A stretch of 57,014 bases of DNA, counting the filler, from Sphacelaria rigidula (taxonomy: Eukaryota): NCBI GenBank assembly GCA_964200075.2. It is 7 parts of 7 records of this genome, joined end to end, with 100 filler letters (N's around TTAATTAATTAA, not from the genome) between each part and the next. Parts side by side here need not be neighbours in the genome. Positions count along the whole stretch, not along the records: positions 8,161 to 16,219 come from CAXNAA020012458.1; positions 16,320 to 24,378 come from CAXNAA020012459.1; 5 more parts are not named here. The stretch is one strand, 5' to 3'. Position 1 is the stretch's first letter. Every line of letters starts with the position of its first letter. Below the pieces are notes generated by a model. That model was given only the letters and a program-made list of their open reading frames with translations. It made no database searches and was not told where the DNA came from. The translations under genes were made by a program, and so were the position numbers. Below are positions 11,509-24,478 of the stretch, in pieces.

Positions 11509-14247
11509 CTATTTATCGCCGTCATTCCGGCTGCTCAAGGAAGGTCCTTGACCATTGACACGCGGCGTCGCCATGCCCCATCTGACCCCGCCGGCGATGG
11601 ACACAAACGACCCTTTCAACTTCGCCTCCCATCTTCTCGCTGCCGCCGCCGCCTCCAGGGACGCCCGGCTGCCTCGCTCGGCCGCTGCCGCCGCTGCCGC
11701 CGCCATCACCGCCGCCGCTCCCCCGTCCAACACTTCTTCCGTTGTGGCGACTGCTGTCAAAACAGGACTACCCCCATCGGCGTCAGCAACGGTCTTCAGT
11801 GTTTCATCACTCCCTTTCCCGGGTCGGGGAGATAACAGTGTTGAAGGCGCCGTGGAAGAGATCGAACGAGAGGGGCTTCCAACGACCTCAGTCTGGTCAT
11901 CCGTGTCGGTTGAACAAGCCGGTTGTTCATTATCTCCCTCCCACCGCTGCGCCAGCACGGGTCGCGTTGCGGACACGTCAGCTGTGACGGCGGTGGTGGA
12001 CGAGGGGGGCGTGACGGAGACAACCTTCCAGGCACCGCTCGACCTCGCACCGGTGCCAGCGGCGCCGGCGGCCGCAGCGGCACCTTCGGCAGCGGTAAGG
12101 CTGATGACGGAGGTAGGAACGGTCCCATCTGCGGGAACAGTGGAGCTTCGAGAACGAGCGGGCGAAATCGATGAAATCAACCGCGCAGCGTCCTCGCTGA
12201 CAACGGCGTCCACACTACTAGCTGCTGTTTGGTGCCGCACCTTTGCAACGACACGATTCAGCATCGACCCTACCACATTGGCGCCTCCCGTGGCGACTTC
12301 GCTGGGGTTCGTGGGGGCGGCGCTTGGTGGCGGCGGCATAGCGCCGGGAAACGCAGATATCACAAATGGCAGATCTTGAGCATCCTTCAGGTATGCAGGT
12401 GTATTATTGCGGGAACTCTCTGAAGTATCAACCACCGGTGTGTTCACTCCAGGCGCGTCTCCCGTTTCTCCCACTAACCCTGTATCTGCCCGTCTTCGCC
12501 CCTCGTCCTTGTCGGCGCTGCCTTCACCGCCGAAACTCCCCGAAAACAATCCCGCCAGCGAGGCCATAGACGCCCCAGATGCCGTCGCTGAAGAACTTCT
12601 TCGCAGAGCACCTGCTCCCCCTCCCTCTACTGCTCCTCTTCCTTCACCCGCCGCTCCTTCCGCTAGATCGTGCCGTGAATCCCCGTCGCCAGTCGTCGGC
12701 CCGTCGTCGTGTTCGCCGTCATGATCGCTGGCATCGTCGAGAGACCCTAGCAGCGGACGCCTCCTTGACATCTTGCTCTCCCTCAAACCAGCCGAGAAAG
12801 ATTGCACTATCGCATCGAACCTAGACTCCGTCCCGGGTGAACCCGCCGCCGCCACTAACGGCGACGACAGTGGGGAACCAACAAATGAGCCGCGGTCATC
12901 ATACTTCACAGCGCCGCCGTCGCCACCGCCGCTGGCGGGGACATCGTTTTGTGCACCTTCTACCATGGGCCCACGTGTTCTACGCCATGGTGATATCGAT
13001 GTGTCGTCGCTACCGTCACCGTCATCGCCACCGCTACTTATACTAGCAGTAGCGGTACTAACCCCAAAGGGTTTCATCGCATCTGCCGCCTCCGCCGCGC
13101 TGCCCTTGGTCTCCCCTGGGAATAGGATCTGGTGGTAATCCCCCCCCCCACAATCGCTGCCGCCGCTCACTCCGCTGTTGCGTACGCTTGGTGAAGCATC
13201 TGATGAGATTACCCCGGTGTCAGCGCGCGGTGTTTTTTCGTCGGGATCTGTCCGGCTAGTGACCGTGTTGCTACTGTTGCGGTCAAGGCACAGGATACTT
13301 GGACGCCGGGGAGGTAAGGCATGTCCCATGTCTGAAGATGTGCATTCGTCGTTCGATTTGCGACATCTCACACAACCACTACCTTCGGCGCATTCTTGTC
13401 CATGTTCATGGCTACCCCCGGAATATTGACTGCCTTGGCCGTTTTTTTCGGTTGACTCCACGCTTCCGACTCGGCAGGACTCTTCTGGATCATCTTGCTG
13501 ATTGGGGGACTGTACCTCAAACGAGTCACTGGCTCCTTCTGCTCCTCCTAGTAACGCCCGACACCTCTCCATATCACCATCGCCATCGCCTTCGTTCGGA
13601 GTATATTTCGCGCTACTCTCTTGAATGTCATCGGTTGATTCGGTACGTACTCCACCTCCAACCATCGGATCTCCTTTTGTAGCTATACCACAATCATCGC
13701 TGGCGCCGACATCACCACCATCACCACCGCCACGACCGCAGTCGCCGCCACCACGCGCGGCCCTCCGTGTCATCTCTTCCGACGATAGTACATTTTCATC
13801 TCCGCTTCCGACCGTACCAGGATTTGGACCGCCATCGCCTACGCTATCGCTCGCGCTCCTCGAAATCTCGACTGTGGCGGCGGCCGCTGCGGCTGCCGTC
13901 GTAGCGCACGCAAGTGCCGCTGACAAGCGCCGCTTCTCCGCACGCGACGCCTTAACCTCACGCGCCAGCACTCGTCGATGCTCTTGGAGCTCTCGATTCT
14001 TGGCCTCCGCTTCTCGGCACGCCGCCGCCACGACTCCCAGGTTACCTCGTGCCTCTTCCGCCCTTGCTCGGGCTTCCTCTAGCTCTCGTCGGAGCAATGC
14101 GAGGTCGTCTTTCGCGGTGCGGCAGGCGGCGGCTTCGTCGTCGGCGCGCTTTTGCTCTTGTTTTAGGAGGTTGAGCGCGTCGGCCGCGTCTTGCTCGCGG
14201 AGCTGAGCGGCGGCGTCCATTTCTCGTCGGATGGCTACGTTTTCAGC
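11509..14247 (-). CDS. Terminal exon of an uncharacterised protein: coiled coil followed by a long Ser/Gly/Ala/Asp-rich disordered tail
   Basis: 903-aa ORF extended by 9 codons (AENVAIRRE) to a cag acceptor at 14248-14250, phase 0. The start is heptad-like and E/R/A/L-rich. Stop at 11509-11511. Confidence 0.85.
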   Translation of the reverse strand, partial: AENVAIRREMDAAAQLREQDAADALNLLKQEQKRADDEAAACRTAKDDLALLRRELEEARARAEEARGNLGVVAAACREAEAKNRELQEHRRVLAREVKASRAEKRRLSAALACATTAAAAAAATVEISRSASDSVGDGGPNPGTVGSGDENVLSSEEMTRRAARGGGDCGRGGGDGGDVGASDDCGIATKGDPMVGGGVRTESTDDIQESSAKYTPNEGDGDGDMERCRALLGGAEGASDSFEVQSPNQQDDPEESCRVGSVESTEKNGQGSQYSGGSHEHGQECAEGSGCVRCRKSNDECTSSDMGHALPPRRPSILCLDRNSSNTVTSRTDPDEKTPRADTGVISSDASPSVRNSGVSGGSDCGGGDYHQILFPGETKGSAAEAADAMKPFGVSTATASISSGGDDGDGSDDTSISPWRRTRGPMVEGAQNDVPASGGGDGGAVKYDDRGSFVGSPLSSPLVAAAGSPGTESRFDAIVQSFSAGLRESKMSRRRPLLGSLDDASDHDGEHDDGPTTGDGDSRHDLAEGAAGEGRGAVEGGGAGALRRSSSATASGASMASLAGLFSGSFGGEGSADKDEGRRRADTGLVGETGDAPGVNTPVVDTSESSRNNTPAYLKDAQDLPFVISAFPGAMPPPPSAAPTNPSEVATGGANVVGSMLNRVVAKVRHQTAASSVDAVVSEDAARLISSISPARSRSSTVPADGTVPTSVISLTAAEGAAAAAGAAGTGARSSGAWKVVSVTPPSSTTAVTADVSATRPVLAQRWEGDNEQPACSTDTDDQTEVVGSPSRSISSTAPSTLLSPRPGKGSDETLKTVADADGGSPVLTAVATTEEVLDGGAAAVMAAAAAAAAERGSRASLEAAAAARRWEAKLKGSFVSIAGGVRWGMATPRVNGQGPSLSSRNDGDK

Positions 14248-15591
14248 CTGGTCATGTGAGGACGGAACGAAGAATTGTTATTTTCTCAGTCAAGATTGTT
14301 TGAGGGTTCCATTTTCATGGTTGCCTAGTGGGTGAAGAGTACTGAATTTCTCCGAGGAGGCGGCGGCGGCAGGTGATGACGGCGTCGAACCAGCTCTTTG
14401 TCGCAGAGGAGCACACTACGAATACTTGGTACACCGGAACATATGAGCCACCGAGACAACATCTCCTGAGAATAAACTCAATCCCCGACTAACGCGAGGC
14501 ATCTTGCCAAATGTTGGGCGGGTACGACCCCCGGACTGCAGCACAACAATACTCTGGTGGGGTGCGTCACCTACATAAATGTGTGTCGCAGTGCCACACG
14601 GGACTAAATATAAAGAAAATATACAGATGCTGCTGATTTTTGTTGTATGACATTCAGAGGCCGCGGTGCTGGTTTTTGGTTTGCGCACAAAGTTCAACAT
14701 ACTTGACCCGTTGCGTTCTCTCATTCGACAAAAACATCCCGACCGCACCCGGGCGCCATTTTTGGTGCGAGCATGACTCATGTCGGTGGATTCTTCTGTG
14801 GCCTTTCGCCGTAAAAATGGTTGTTATCGGTATTTTCTTTCCTCATATTTTCTTCTTTTGTCAGCGCTTGAAATCATGAGGCGTCCAGACCGGGGACGGG
14901 AGGGGAGGGTTCCCAAAGGGTTAATCCGCCGTATCACGGCAGAGAAAACACTGAACAATTTACCTTGCCGATCCTACCGATCAGCATACACACACCATGC
15001 CGCCCAACCCACAATACACACACACACAGGCGGGATATAGCCATCCATGCTTGCAAGCGTCGAATATGCTGGTTCACGGTAGTCTGCTCCAGTGCCATCA
15101 GCCGCGAGCGCTTTCACTTTCCCTCTTATCAAGTCCCGGGGCACGACGGACGCGGCACTCAGCCCATGAAATCTTTTCAACAACTTCGATGTAATTTAAT
15201 ACTAATACTGCTCTGGTAAGGAGTGACGCGAGAGCGTGGTGAGCAAGTAGATTGGATGATGACCCGTGCATGACGGTATAGTTACCCTGCGACTGTTACT
15301 GCAGCCATATCCAGCGCAGGGCTACTGTTCACTGCGGTACACCAATGGGATCAAGTGTGGCGATTGGTGTAGACTGTAGGCTGCGTCCATCACATCGTGC
15401 ACGGGCAAATGTTCTCACAACAAAATAAATAATACGCTACGCCATTATACAGTCATCTTTCAAACGAAAATAACCAACAAAAAAATATACAAGACAAACT
15501 CATTCCAAACGTCGCGAATGACCCCAAACCCCAAAACTCGACTCCCATCTTTCAAAAACGGCCACCTCAGAACGATCATCACTCCAAGCTG

Positions 15592-15745
15592 ACTATATAC
15601 CACACCCTGGACAACCCTGGACAACATACGTTCAATAGTTGCAATTGTCGGTCGACAATAGATGCAATAGGCCTATACTTTACGCGGTGCATTTTTTGTC
15701 TCTTGCAACTATTGATAATCTATTGTCCAGGGTGTGCTATATTCA
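15592..15745. repeat. Small intronic inverted-repeat element; right part repeated at about 18300-18386
   Basis: cacaccctggacaa...caatagttgcaa pairs with ttgcaactattg...ttgtccagggtgtg. Confidence 0.6.
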
Positions 15746-15777
15746 CTCTCTGGGAGGATGAGGCACAGCCTGCATAC

Positions 15778-16146
15778 CTTGAGGTCAGCAATTTCGCGAT
15801 CACGATCCGCGATCGCCTCCTCCAGCGCGGCCAGCTCAGAAAAAGCACCAGAAGCTCCCCCCCCGCGTGGGCGTACCGCGCGCTCTACGGCCTCCGTCCC
15901 CCCACCGGCACCCACAGCCCGTCCGTTCCCTTGACTGCTACACCGTGTAGGGCTCGCTCCGTCGCCGTCGCCAGCGCCCATACTGCTGCTGCACGCGGTG
16001 GCTGCGAGCAGCGCTTGCACTTGCTCGGCGCGTCGGGCGTTAACGGCGTCGTATCGCGCCAGTTCGGACAAAGCGGCTGCTTCTCGCTTTTGTAACGCCT
16101 CCACGTCGGCGCGACATAACCGAAGATCGCGCGATAGGTGATCAAC
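15778..16146 (-). CDS. Penultimate exon of the same coiled-coil protein (5' part of the gene is off-contig)
   Basis: 369 nt, aag|GTT acceptor and AAG|gtatgc donor, phase 0-0. It reads VDHLSRDLRLCRADVEALQKRE...LEEAIADRDREIADLK and joins in frame to the terminal exon. Confidence 0.8.
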
Positions 16147-16219
16147 CTTGTGTTTCGCGGGGCCGACGGGGGGGGGGGGGGGGCAAACAGGGCGCGTCAC
16201 TGGGTGAGTCGCAGATACT

Positions 16220-16319
16220 NNNNNNNNNNNNNNNNNNNNNNNNNNNNNNNNNNNNNNNNNNNNTTAATTAATTAANNNNNNNNNNNNNNNNNNNNNNNNN
16301 NNNNNNNNNNNNNNNNNNN
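16220..16319. other. Artificial contig linker
   Basis: N run with TTAATTAATTAA. Confidence 0.97.
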
Positions 16320-18888
16320 AAAGAGGGGCGTGGTCAAAGGTCAAATGATTAAGGCAAGCAACAAATGAGAACGCCCCCCCCCCCTTCGCTGCATTGTAGC
16401 CCCCCACAGGTGTATTGGTACCGTATTTCTTTGTGCTGAGTTCACCTTCTTCGTGACTCCGTTTCTAGAAAACCGTAGTCACACTTCTCGTCGCTGTCGC
16501 GTCTCTGTACGTGCCCCCTGCTCATCTAGTGTCTTTTTTTGTTGTCTTCGAGGTTTCTTTACGCGATCAGCCTCCCACATGTTTGGACTTTCGATGACTC
16601 GTTCTCTGGGTGTGTTTGTTGTTGTCACTGCTCAACTCCCTGCCGCCAGCCAAGAGAGCTCGCCGCACGGGAGTTCTTCCTTACATCGTCTTGTTGCACG
16701 GGTCCCTCGTTACACCGTGTACTGCTAATTATACCGCCCTTGTTGTAGACCGAATTCATGCCCGACGACTGTTTTCGTTCGAGGTGAGTTACTGCATTTC
16801 GACAAACCATCTGGATGTATTCGTTTGTTTGTTCTATCCCTATCCCGTGGCGCGGCCTGGTCTGCTAGCGGCACGGGTGTGTTCTCTTGTGTCGTTCCGT
16901 TGCTCGTGGTCCAGTGTTCCACGGCGAATGGCCAATTATACCGCCCCAGTTGTAGGCCGTATATCCGCCGGACGATTTCTTTGAGTTGGTTATTGCGTTC
17001 TGACGAATTGCCATTTTAAATTGACACTATGTTTTTACTCATATCACGCAATAGTTGATACCAACAACCTTTGGCTTCTTACCCTGAGCGTCGTCTTGGA
17101 TGGGCACGTGCCCACCCCCGCAGAGGTTTTGAATTCCGTACTTCGGGCGCACCAACCCTGAACTTGGGCTGCATCCCCACTTTTATCTCCCTGTTGCTGC
17201 GTAGCCCCCCCCCCATCGCGTTGTACTTCACGCTGCACGCCTTTTGCAAGGCAGGTTTGGTACTTCAAACGCCCTGCCACGAAAACGAGCGGGGTGCCAC
17301 TCTCGCTACACGCGACGGATGTGTCGGGACGGAGTCGAACAAATACGTGGAGCTCCCTTGGATCTGCGTCCGACCAGAGCAGTTGCCGCGATGCTGTACC
17401 GCAACTGCGTTTTCCCTCCCCTCTTCCCGGATTGTCTGGCATTCCATCCTTGTTCCTTTGGTAGATGAAGTCTACGCGTGCGTACCATTTAGTGCTTTAC
17501 TTTGTCGATGGACTTGCGTGTGTGTCGTCTTGTTCAACATAGGTGCGTGAGTGTCACGTAGATACAGCGTTTTTACTTCTGTCGATTGAACGTTTAATGC
17601 TGTGTCGGATCGCAGCGATGCTCGCCTTTTAGAGGTGTGGGAGAGTGATTTTGTTTTTCTTCGCTTCATGCTTTTTTACGAGTGTAGTGTAGAAGGCCCC
17701 TTTCTCGTTGAAGTTTTTACGTTCCTCGGCGCAATTACATTGTATCGAGGTGATGATAATTCAACTGCATTAGGACTCGACTCGGATGGGCTAGTGTGAT
17801 GAAGCTCAGAGGCGTTGCAAGATATACGCTGTGCGGGTCTGCTCGTAGCCCCTGGATTCTGTGACGCGTTGTTACTGCGTTTTCTACTGTCATTAGTTAG
17901 GGTTGTTCAGCCGCGGCTGCAGGCCGCGTTACCCCATTTCAATCAGTTACCGGCTTGCCTTGGTCTCTACCCTGGGCCATCAATACGCTCTGCTCCTATG
18001 GCTGCGTCCCGGCAATGCTGAGTAAGAGAGGCTTGTAGACAAAACATGATGCTAAGCAAACACGTGAGGTCCTCGTCAACAGTCTGAACATGGATGAGCC
18101 TACGCTGTGGTAGTAGTCAAGGATGGAAAGCTAGGTCTGTGTGAAGTTGCCCACGTGGGAGCTGGTGGGTTGGCACCATGGTATCTCCTGGCACTCATAC
18201 TGAGAGACCTCAGCCAGTGCATTAGCTATCCCATCTTTATGACATAGGCCTATTGCGACTATTGTCGGCAAATACGCAAATACGACCGCTGTATCTAGTC
18301 GCGGTAGGTCTATACTCCACGCAATACGTTTTTTTGTCTATTGCAACTATTATTAACCATATATTGCCCAAGGTGTGAAATATATCAAAGGTACTGATAG
18401 GTGTCCAAATGTGCCCAGCTTGGGTTTGCCGATACAGAAGTCGTATCGTCGGGAATATATGTGCTCGCCACGAGCTTTTTTTCATGGTAGACCTCTCGTC
18501 TCAAACGGTTCGATCTTCTTGTAAGCACACACGCGTCGGCCAAGCCAGGCGCATTTTCCCGAAGCATGCTTGATGTCGCTCGACCTTTTAGCCCAGTACA
18601 TTCCACTCCTAGTGGTGTCTATTTATGGTCTGAACTATTGTTCGCGTTTGTCAAGAGGCCACGGTTTGACACGGTTAGCGACTTGAATGAAGCAGCACAA
18701 AGATTTCCCACCGTAATTGCTATGTAGTTCGTACCGTCCCGTCCTTCCTAGAAATGCGAGCCCTTATGCGAGCCCGGTCCCGTGAGGTCCCGCAGCAACA
18801 TACCAAAACACACAATTTGATGAGTCCAGGTTTTTTTGAAAACCGTACACGCTGGGTCACGGAAAAGAACCCAAATACACTCATCGGC

Positions 18889-19154
18889 AAAACTTCACGC
18901 CGTTTTAAGAAGTTAGACCCTGAAATTTTGCACAGGTGTTCTATGGGTCATTACGCAACTTTGCAAGGACGAGTTTTTCTTATTACTTTTGAATTTTTTC
19001 CCCAGTTTTGTCCGGAAAACTTCGATCCAATCGGACTCCCGTAAAACGGTAAATATTAAAAATAAAAAGCCTCGTCCTTGCAAAGTTGCGTAATGACCCA
19101 TAGAACACCTGTGCAAATTTCAGGGTCTAACTCCTGAAAACGGCGTGAAGTTTT
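18889..19154. repeat. Near-perfect 85-bp-arm inverted repeat inside a larger foldback-family repeat extending to about 19665
   Basis: Arms 18889-18973 and 19071-19154 differ by about 2 substitutions and 1 indel by eye; spacer 97 bp. Confidence 0.92.
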
Positions 19155-20770
19155 TCGAGTTTGTGCGATGAACCTTGCCGTGCCACGGTGAAACGGCAAA
19201 CTACTAGATTTTGGTACGAAAATGGCGTTTTAGGGCCTTTTTCGACGTGAACATGAAAAATCAAGCACCAGTTAATAATCGAGTTTGGTCACGAAACATG
19301 TGTGGGCACGCTTCCTTGGGTGTGCGGCGGCAGAGCATTCGCGAAAAAAATGAGGAAAAAAAACGTGCTGGTTTTCCCGGGTCCCAGAATGGATGACCTC
19401 GAAAATACGGCTTGGATCTCGTCGGACCCCCCAAAAACGGTGAAAAATTCAAGCAACAGAAAAACCTCGTTGATCGAAATTTGCGTGATGATTTAGAGCA
19501 CATTTATGCAAAGCTTCAGGATCTAACTCCTAACAAATGCGTCAAGATTGCGCGTATGTGCGAGGATGTGAGCTTCAAACGTGCCAACTCCTAACTACTT
19601 GGTTTGAGTATGAAAATATCTTTTAGGGTGAATTTCACGTCAAGGAAGGAGAAATTGTACAGGATGGTTCACGGTGATCACCCAAAATTGTGTCATCAGC
19701 AGATGCCTTCCGCAATATAGTAGACAGCATCAGGAGTTTTCAGAATTCGTAGTTGTCCTTTTTTCCGAGTTTTTCTGGAGTACTGTCATGGCTCGATACT
19801 CACCGCCTAGCTGGGAATGGTGCCAGTTCAGTGAGCACCTAGGCTAGCGGGCTCAAACACAATCAAGTGTATCGATCCATTGAGTTCGACGTTACCAAGT
19901 GCGGAGTCAACCCAGGTTCGCAGCGTCGGGCTGCATATCCGTGAGCCGCTCAGACGCCAGAGCACCATTTGCTGCATGGAGGTTAAGCTTAAATTTTTTG
20001 AAGACCAGAGAATCCTCTGAGATCGCAGACCGTGATGGCGTAGATGCTCTTGTATTATTGGCGTACAGGCTAACTTGTGCTTTGCTAGTTGAGATGCATA
20101 ATCCAAAACGCTGTAAGACGTGAGGGCACACAGGGGGGCACACGGCCAGATTTTACCGCACAATGTAGTATTACCCATCGGATGCCAAGCATGACAAAGT
20201 ATGACACATGGTACCTAGTCGACTGGAAAATGACCAATAAATCTGTTACACCCCCCTAGCCTTATCTATAAGGCTGGATACGAAATAATTGGAGAACTGG
20301 AAGGGCCAGAACAAAAACGAAGCCTGTGCATCAAAAGCCTGAAAGTAAAACGAGAAAACCTGCTGAATTACAGTACAGGGGAAAACTCGTTGCAGATCTA
20401 ATGAATAGGTAAACCCTGATAAGCAGGGGAAAACTCTATTCGTTAGGAACGGAAAACGTCTATAACGCCCTTTCCAACGACAGAAACAGCAGACAAGTAC
20501 GGTCGCTGTCGTTTTCCCGGGATCTCAGTTAGACTGGAGGACGATCGGCTAGTTAGCTTGATCGCGCGTCGACACCCCGGATCAGTTACACTGGATTCTG
20601 GGGTAGTGCGGGGCTTGAACCTCGCTAAAAACAACCTTTCCACGAACTAATCAATACTTACAGGAGTGCAGCTTTTGAGGGTTGCTCTTCTGGAAGTACT
20701 GACGCCCATTCTACTGGAAATAGAGCCAATGCGCCTTCGCTCACACATGTACCCGTATGTCACCAAATGG

Positions 20771-20982
20771 GGAGCAATCAATAACAAAGCGACAAAGAAA
20801 AAAACAGGAACGCTCGAAATTCATGACTGAAACGTACGGTAGCAGCGATATATAGTTACTTATTCCCTTATTTCATCACGGAGCAAACAATAACAAAGCG
20901 ACAAAGAAAAAGACAGAGACACTCGAAATTCATGACTGAAACGTACTGTAGCAGCGATATATAATTATTCTCACATTTCACC
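20771..20982 (+). repeat. Tandem duplication, about 110-bp unit x2
   Basis: ggagcaa(t/a)caataacaaagcgacaaagaaaa...ctcgaaattcatgactgaaacgtac occurs twice. Confidence 0.85.
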
Positions 20983-21269
20983 ACCGCATTCCTCTCGCAA
21001 TGATATAATATATCACATCACACAACAGCTACACGTAAACGTCGATGGCTGCAGTCTATGTTTGGTTCCTCCGTTCCAGCTTGGAGTGCTCGAGTTCCCG
21101 GCGAGATAGCTCTTCCCAGCCTCCATCTTCGTATCGTACTCGCCGAAAAAATCCCCATAATCATAAACACTTGGCGCTTCAGCTTGGCACACCTATAGCC
21201 TTTCCAGGAGGTAACACCTATAAGCAAAAGCTTCAAAGCATCACTACATGGGGGAGCGGGGTGCTTCGA

Positions 21270-21530
21270 GCGCCAAAAGCGCGATGATGCTGGACAGGGA
21301 AATATGTAAATATTTTGATATTTTACCAGGTGTTGCGCAAGGATGTACGTTATCACCCGCTGCACTCGAGATATTTATTGATGACGTGATATTTCCGTTA
21401 GAAATCGCAAAGCAAAGGGTGAAGTTGATGAAAAAATTGGAAACAGTACAGCTGGCAGCAGCTAAGAGAATACTTTGATCCGGAAACAGTGCAGATGGCA
21501 GTAGCTGAAAGAATACTTGGATGCAGTGAA
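21270..21530 (+). mobile_element. Non-LTR (LINE) reverse transcriptase fragment, internally deleted
   Basis: FDILPGVAQGCTLSPAALEIFIDDVI is the LINE RT G(V)xQGxxLSP motif. It is fused directly to the post-RT segment KKLETVQLAAAKRIL. Confidence 0.8.
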
Positions 21531-22249
21531 GCTAGTGAAGACGTTGTAAACAGTACAGAGTGCAACAGCTCAGAAAATACTTGCATGCTCGAAACAAATG
21601 AGTACACCCCCCCCCCTTTGAAATCGTTTCCTTTTCCCCACCCGTCAGTGCCTGAAACCACGTAGAGTTCATGACAATACAACACGGTGACATACACAGG
21701 CGATGCAATTCAACACGGGGCCAAATTCAGGGGTCAGGGGGAATGTGGGTGTTGCGTTCTAGTTTGGTCCCCCCCAAGGTGGGACGCAGGTGGGAGGCAA
21801 ACACTTTGGGTATGGAGTGTTTCGGATGGGGTGGGCGGATATGGAAAGAACTTCTTGCTTCTGAGACAGCGATGGTACGTGTGTAATGAATGTTTACGGC
21901 CAGTCCAGAGCTCGAAGGGAAACGTGTCACACGGTAGCATGGCGTCGGGTCGTCGGGTAGGGTACGATTGCGCAATAGTGTGCGTGATACGTACTCTCTC
22001 TGGGGCCAAGATTTGTATAATTATGTTACCTTTTCAGCAGCCGTCCCCCTAGGTTCTCGAAACCTGTGAAAACTGTAGACATAATCATGGCGAAAATAGA
22101 ATAGACAAGGCATGCTGAAAAAAATATAATAATGAGGTACGTTGTACTAGATATACGGAGACAAAGAACAGAAATGACAAAAACATGACCTCACACGCAT
22201 GAGTTGTACATTGATGGTCATTGGGCGAGTCTCTAGTTCGTATGCCATA

Positions 22250-23330
22250 TCCTAGCTGAGCCACCATGAGACGACCGGATTGTGGTGGTGAAGTCTTGCT
22301 GCAGTTGTACGGCACATGAGTTTAACAGCAAAAGGAGAGCGCGCGTTTACCTACATCGTGCTGCAATACTGTTGGCTTCCCTACTTATTTAGAAAATCGG
22401 TCAGCGGGGCGACTAGAATCCTACGCTCCTGGACAAACTGTCCAAGGTACCCGGTGGGTTTAGAAACGAAGGTAGTTTTTCGACTGTATGGACGTGACGT
22501 CTGAGCAATTGCGTTGCGTTTGGAGGGGGCTGGTTGTATGCCAGTATGATCGATTAACAAGCTAAGGAACCTGTGAGACACTGCAGTGAAGACATATTTG
22601 GCGAATTTGACGAATTTTACCCAACATATAATCGTGTAGTCGCCAAACGTTGCCGGGGAAAGTTGGGTGAGCAACATCTCGGTCAAGAAGCTTGTGCAGT
22701 TCTTCTGTGATCATGCGGCGTTCTTGTGGTGGGAGACCGCGTTGTTTTGTGGCAAAGGGTGTGCACGCGAGATAACAACCAGCAAAAAATATGGAACTCG
22801 TGCTTCGTCCCCCCCAAAGGGGTTCAGCGACCACATCAGCGGAATGAGTGTCTGAAAACCATATGTAGGGTCTGTAAGAACTGTCAAAAGGTATGTAGTC
22901 GCGCAGTCAACTTGCATGGTACGCTGGACATGAAAGGCAAAAAAGTAAAGCAGGAAAACTATCCAAGTCTGCGTACTGCATAAGTAACGACAAGACATTG
23001 CACGGAAATATTTGTGGTTTCATGGTATCGAAAGCCAAGTTTGAAGCAACTGAACAAAGTAGTATCCAACTACGGTATCAGGAAGGGCCAAGGTGGTGGT
23101 CAATTACGGTCCAGGGTGCGTCAAGAAGTCAACCTGTTGAATCACAAACCATACAATCCATCACCAGAGTGGGATACAAATGGAGATCATGTCAAGTGAC
23201 ACCAAGGCAACAACCCTGCCACCAGAATTTTAAAAAAAGTACACGGGATTAGCTATACCAAACCAGATTGCTGACACTCCACGCCGGAACATACCGTCAT
23301 GAGTAAACCGTTCAGTATTTCCTGCGTGTC
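22250..23330 (-). mobile_element. Highly degenerate Ty3/Gypsy pol relic (boundaries approximate)
   Basis: PFATKQRGLPPQERRMITEELHKLLDR (RT N-terminus) and GIQPAPSKRNAIAQTSRP...TGYLGQFV...VAPLTDFL (RT thumb/connection). Confidence 0.7.
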
Positions 23331-24378
23331 CTCCCCTAAGCAATCATGTTCAGCGCCGGTTCCCTCATCGGGATATGACACACCCAAGGCAAGAGTGTAG
23401 GCGAAACAAGGGCGGAAGTTATAGAGGGCACGGTTAGTATGCGTTGAAAGTCTTGTGTCCGTGAAAATATGGCTCGGTTTTATTCCACGTGACGCAGATC
23501 GAAACATCGTGTGCCGGGCGGTCAATTCGGCGTTTCGGCCTTCCCAACCAGATAGATGAAACGATTACAAGCGAAATCCTGCTCAAGCATGATGAGTACA
23601 GACAGCGCAACAGTCGGGTCATGCGGATTGCCTACACCCGCACGATCAAAAGAAAAACATCAAGGGCGCAAAACACAACACAATATTAACAAAACATAAA
23701 ACGAAAAATTGTGCAGCTCGAAAGAGCAAGACGACGGGGGCGCGAAATTACAAAGCATTCAAAATAAAATCGAGTGACTCCAGAGACAGTTACGGTAGAC
23801 ACGACACCCCGAGATGCAGACAATATGGGTGTGTAAGATGAAAGAAAAACAAGCAAGACCGAAAGAAATTGACAGCTTTACCGCACGTGCATTTCACAAA
23901 TCCCCATGGCCACAATAAACTGCAACCCCGGAAACAAAATACATCCAGTGCTGATCATGGTGGGATGATCGTCCCAGTTCAATATGCAACAAAAAGACCG
24001 AAATAATTTGGAGAATGCCTGGAGCACGATCATTGCTGGTTAGGTACAGCGGTAATGTTATGGGTAACGGTGTAGGTCAGGTGAAGGTGATAAAGAGCAG
24101 GCGATAATGGCAAAAACTGTGCGTTCCAGTCAGAGCAAGGTACAAAATAATGGGAACATGAGAGCGTGCAATACGCGTGCATATGACAACATGCGATGCA
24201 ATCGTAAGCCAGAAAAGTACAGCCGACAGTAGGCAATAGAGGCAAAAACAACACAACAAGCGGGACAACAACAGCAAACCAGGATAGCAGAATGCACGGT
24301 GGAAACAGCAGCAGCGAACAGCAAGTTGTGCGAATTGAGGTTTAACTCTGAGATGAGGCTCAAGTGGGCAACCCGACT

Positions 24379-24478
24379 NNNNNNNNNNNNNNNNNNNNNN
24401 NNNNNNNNNNNNNNNNNNNNNNTTAATTAATTAANNNNNNNNNNNNNNNNNNNNNNNNNNNNNNNNNNNNNNNNNNNN
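24379..24478. other. Artificial contig linker
   Basis: N run with TTAATTAATTAA. Confidence 0.97.

Noticed and set aside
11548-14206. Multiple long + strand ORFs
   Set aside because: They are antisense shadows of the GC-rich 903-aa minus-strand exon
16400-18100. Possible upstream exons of the coiled-coil gene or a retroelement gag region
   Set aside because: It is on a different contig with no recognisable motif; only a weak direct repeat (about 16725-16800 / 16932-17007) is visible
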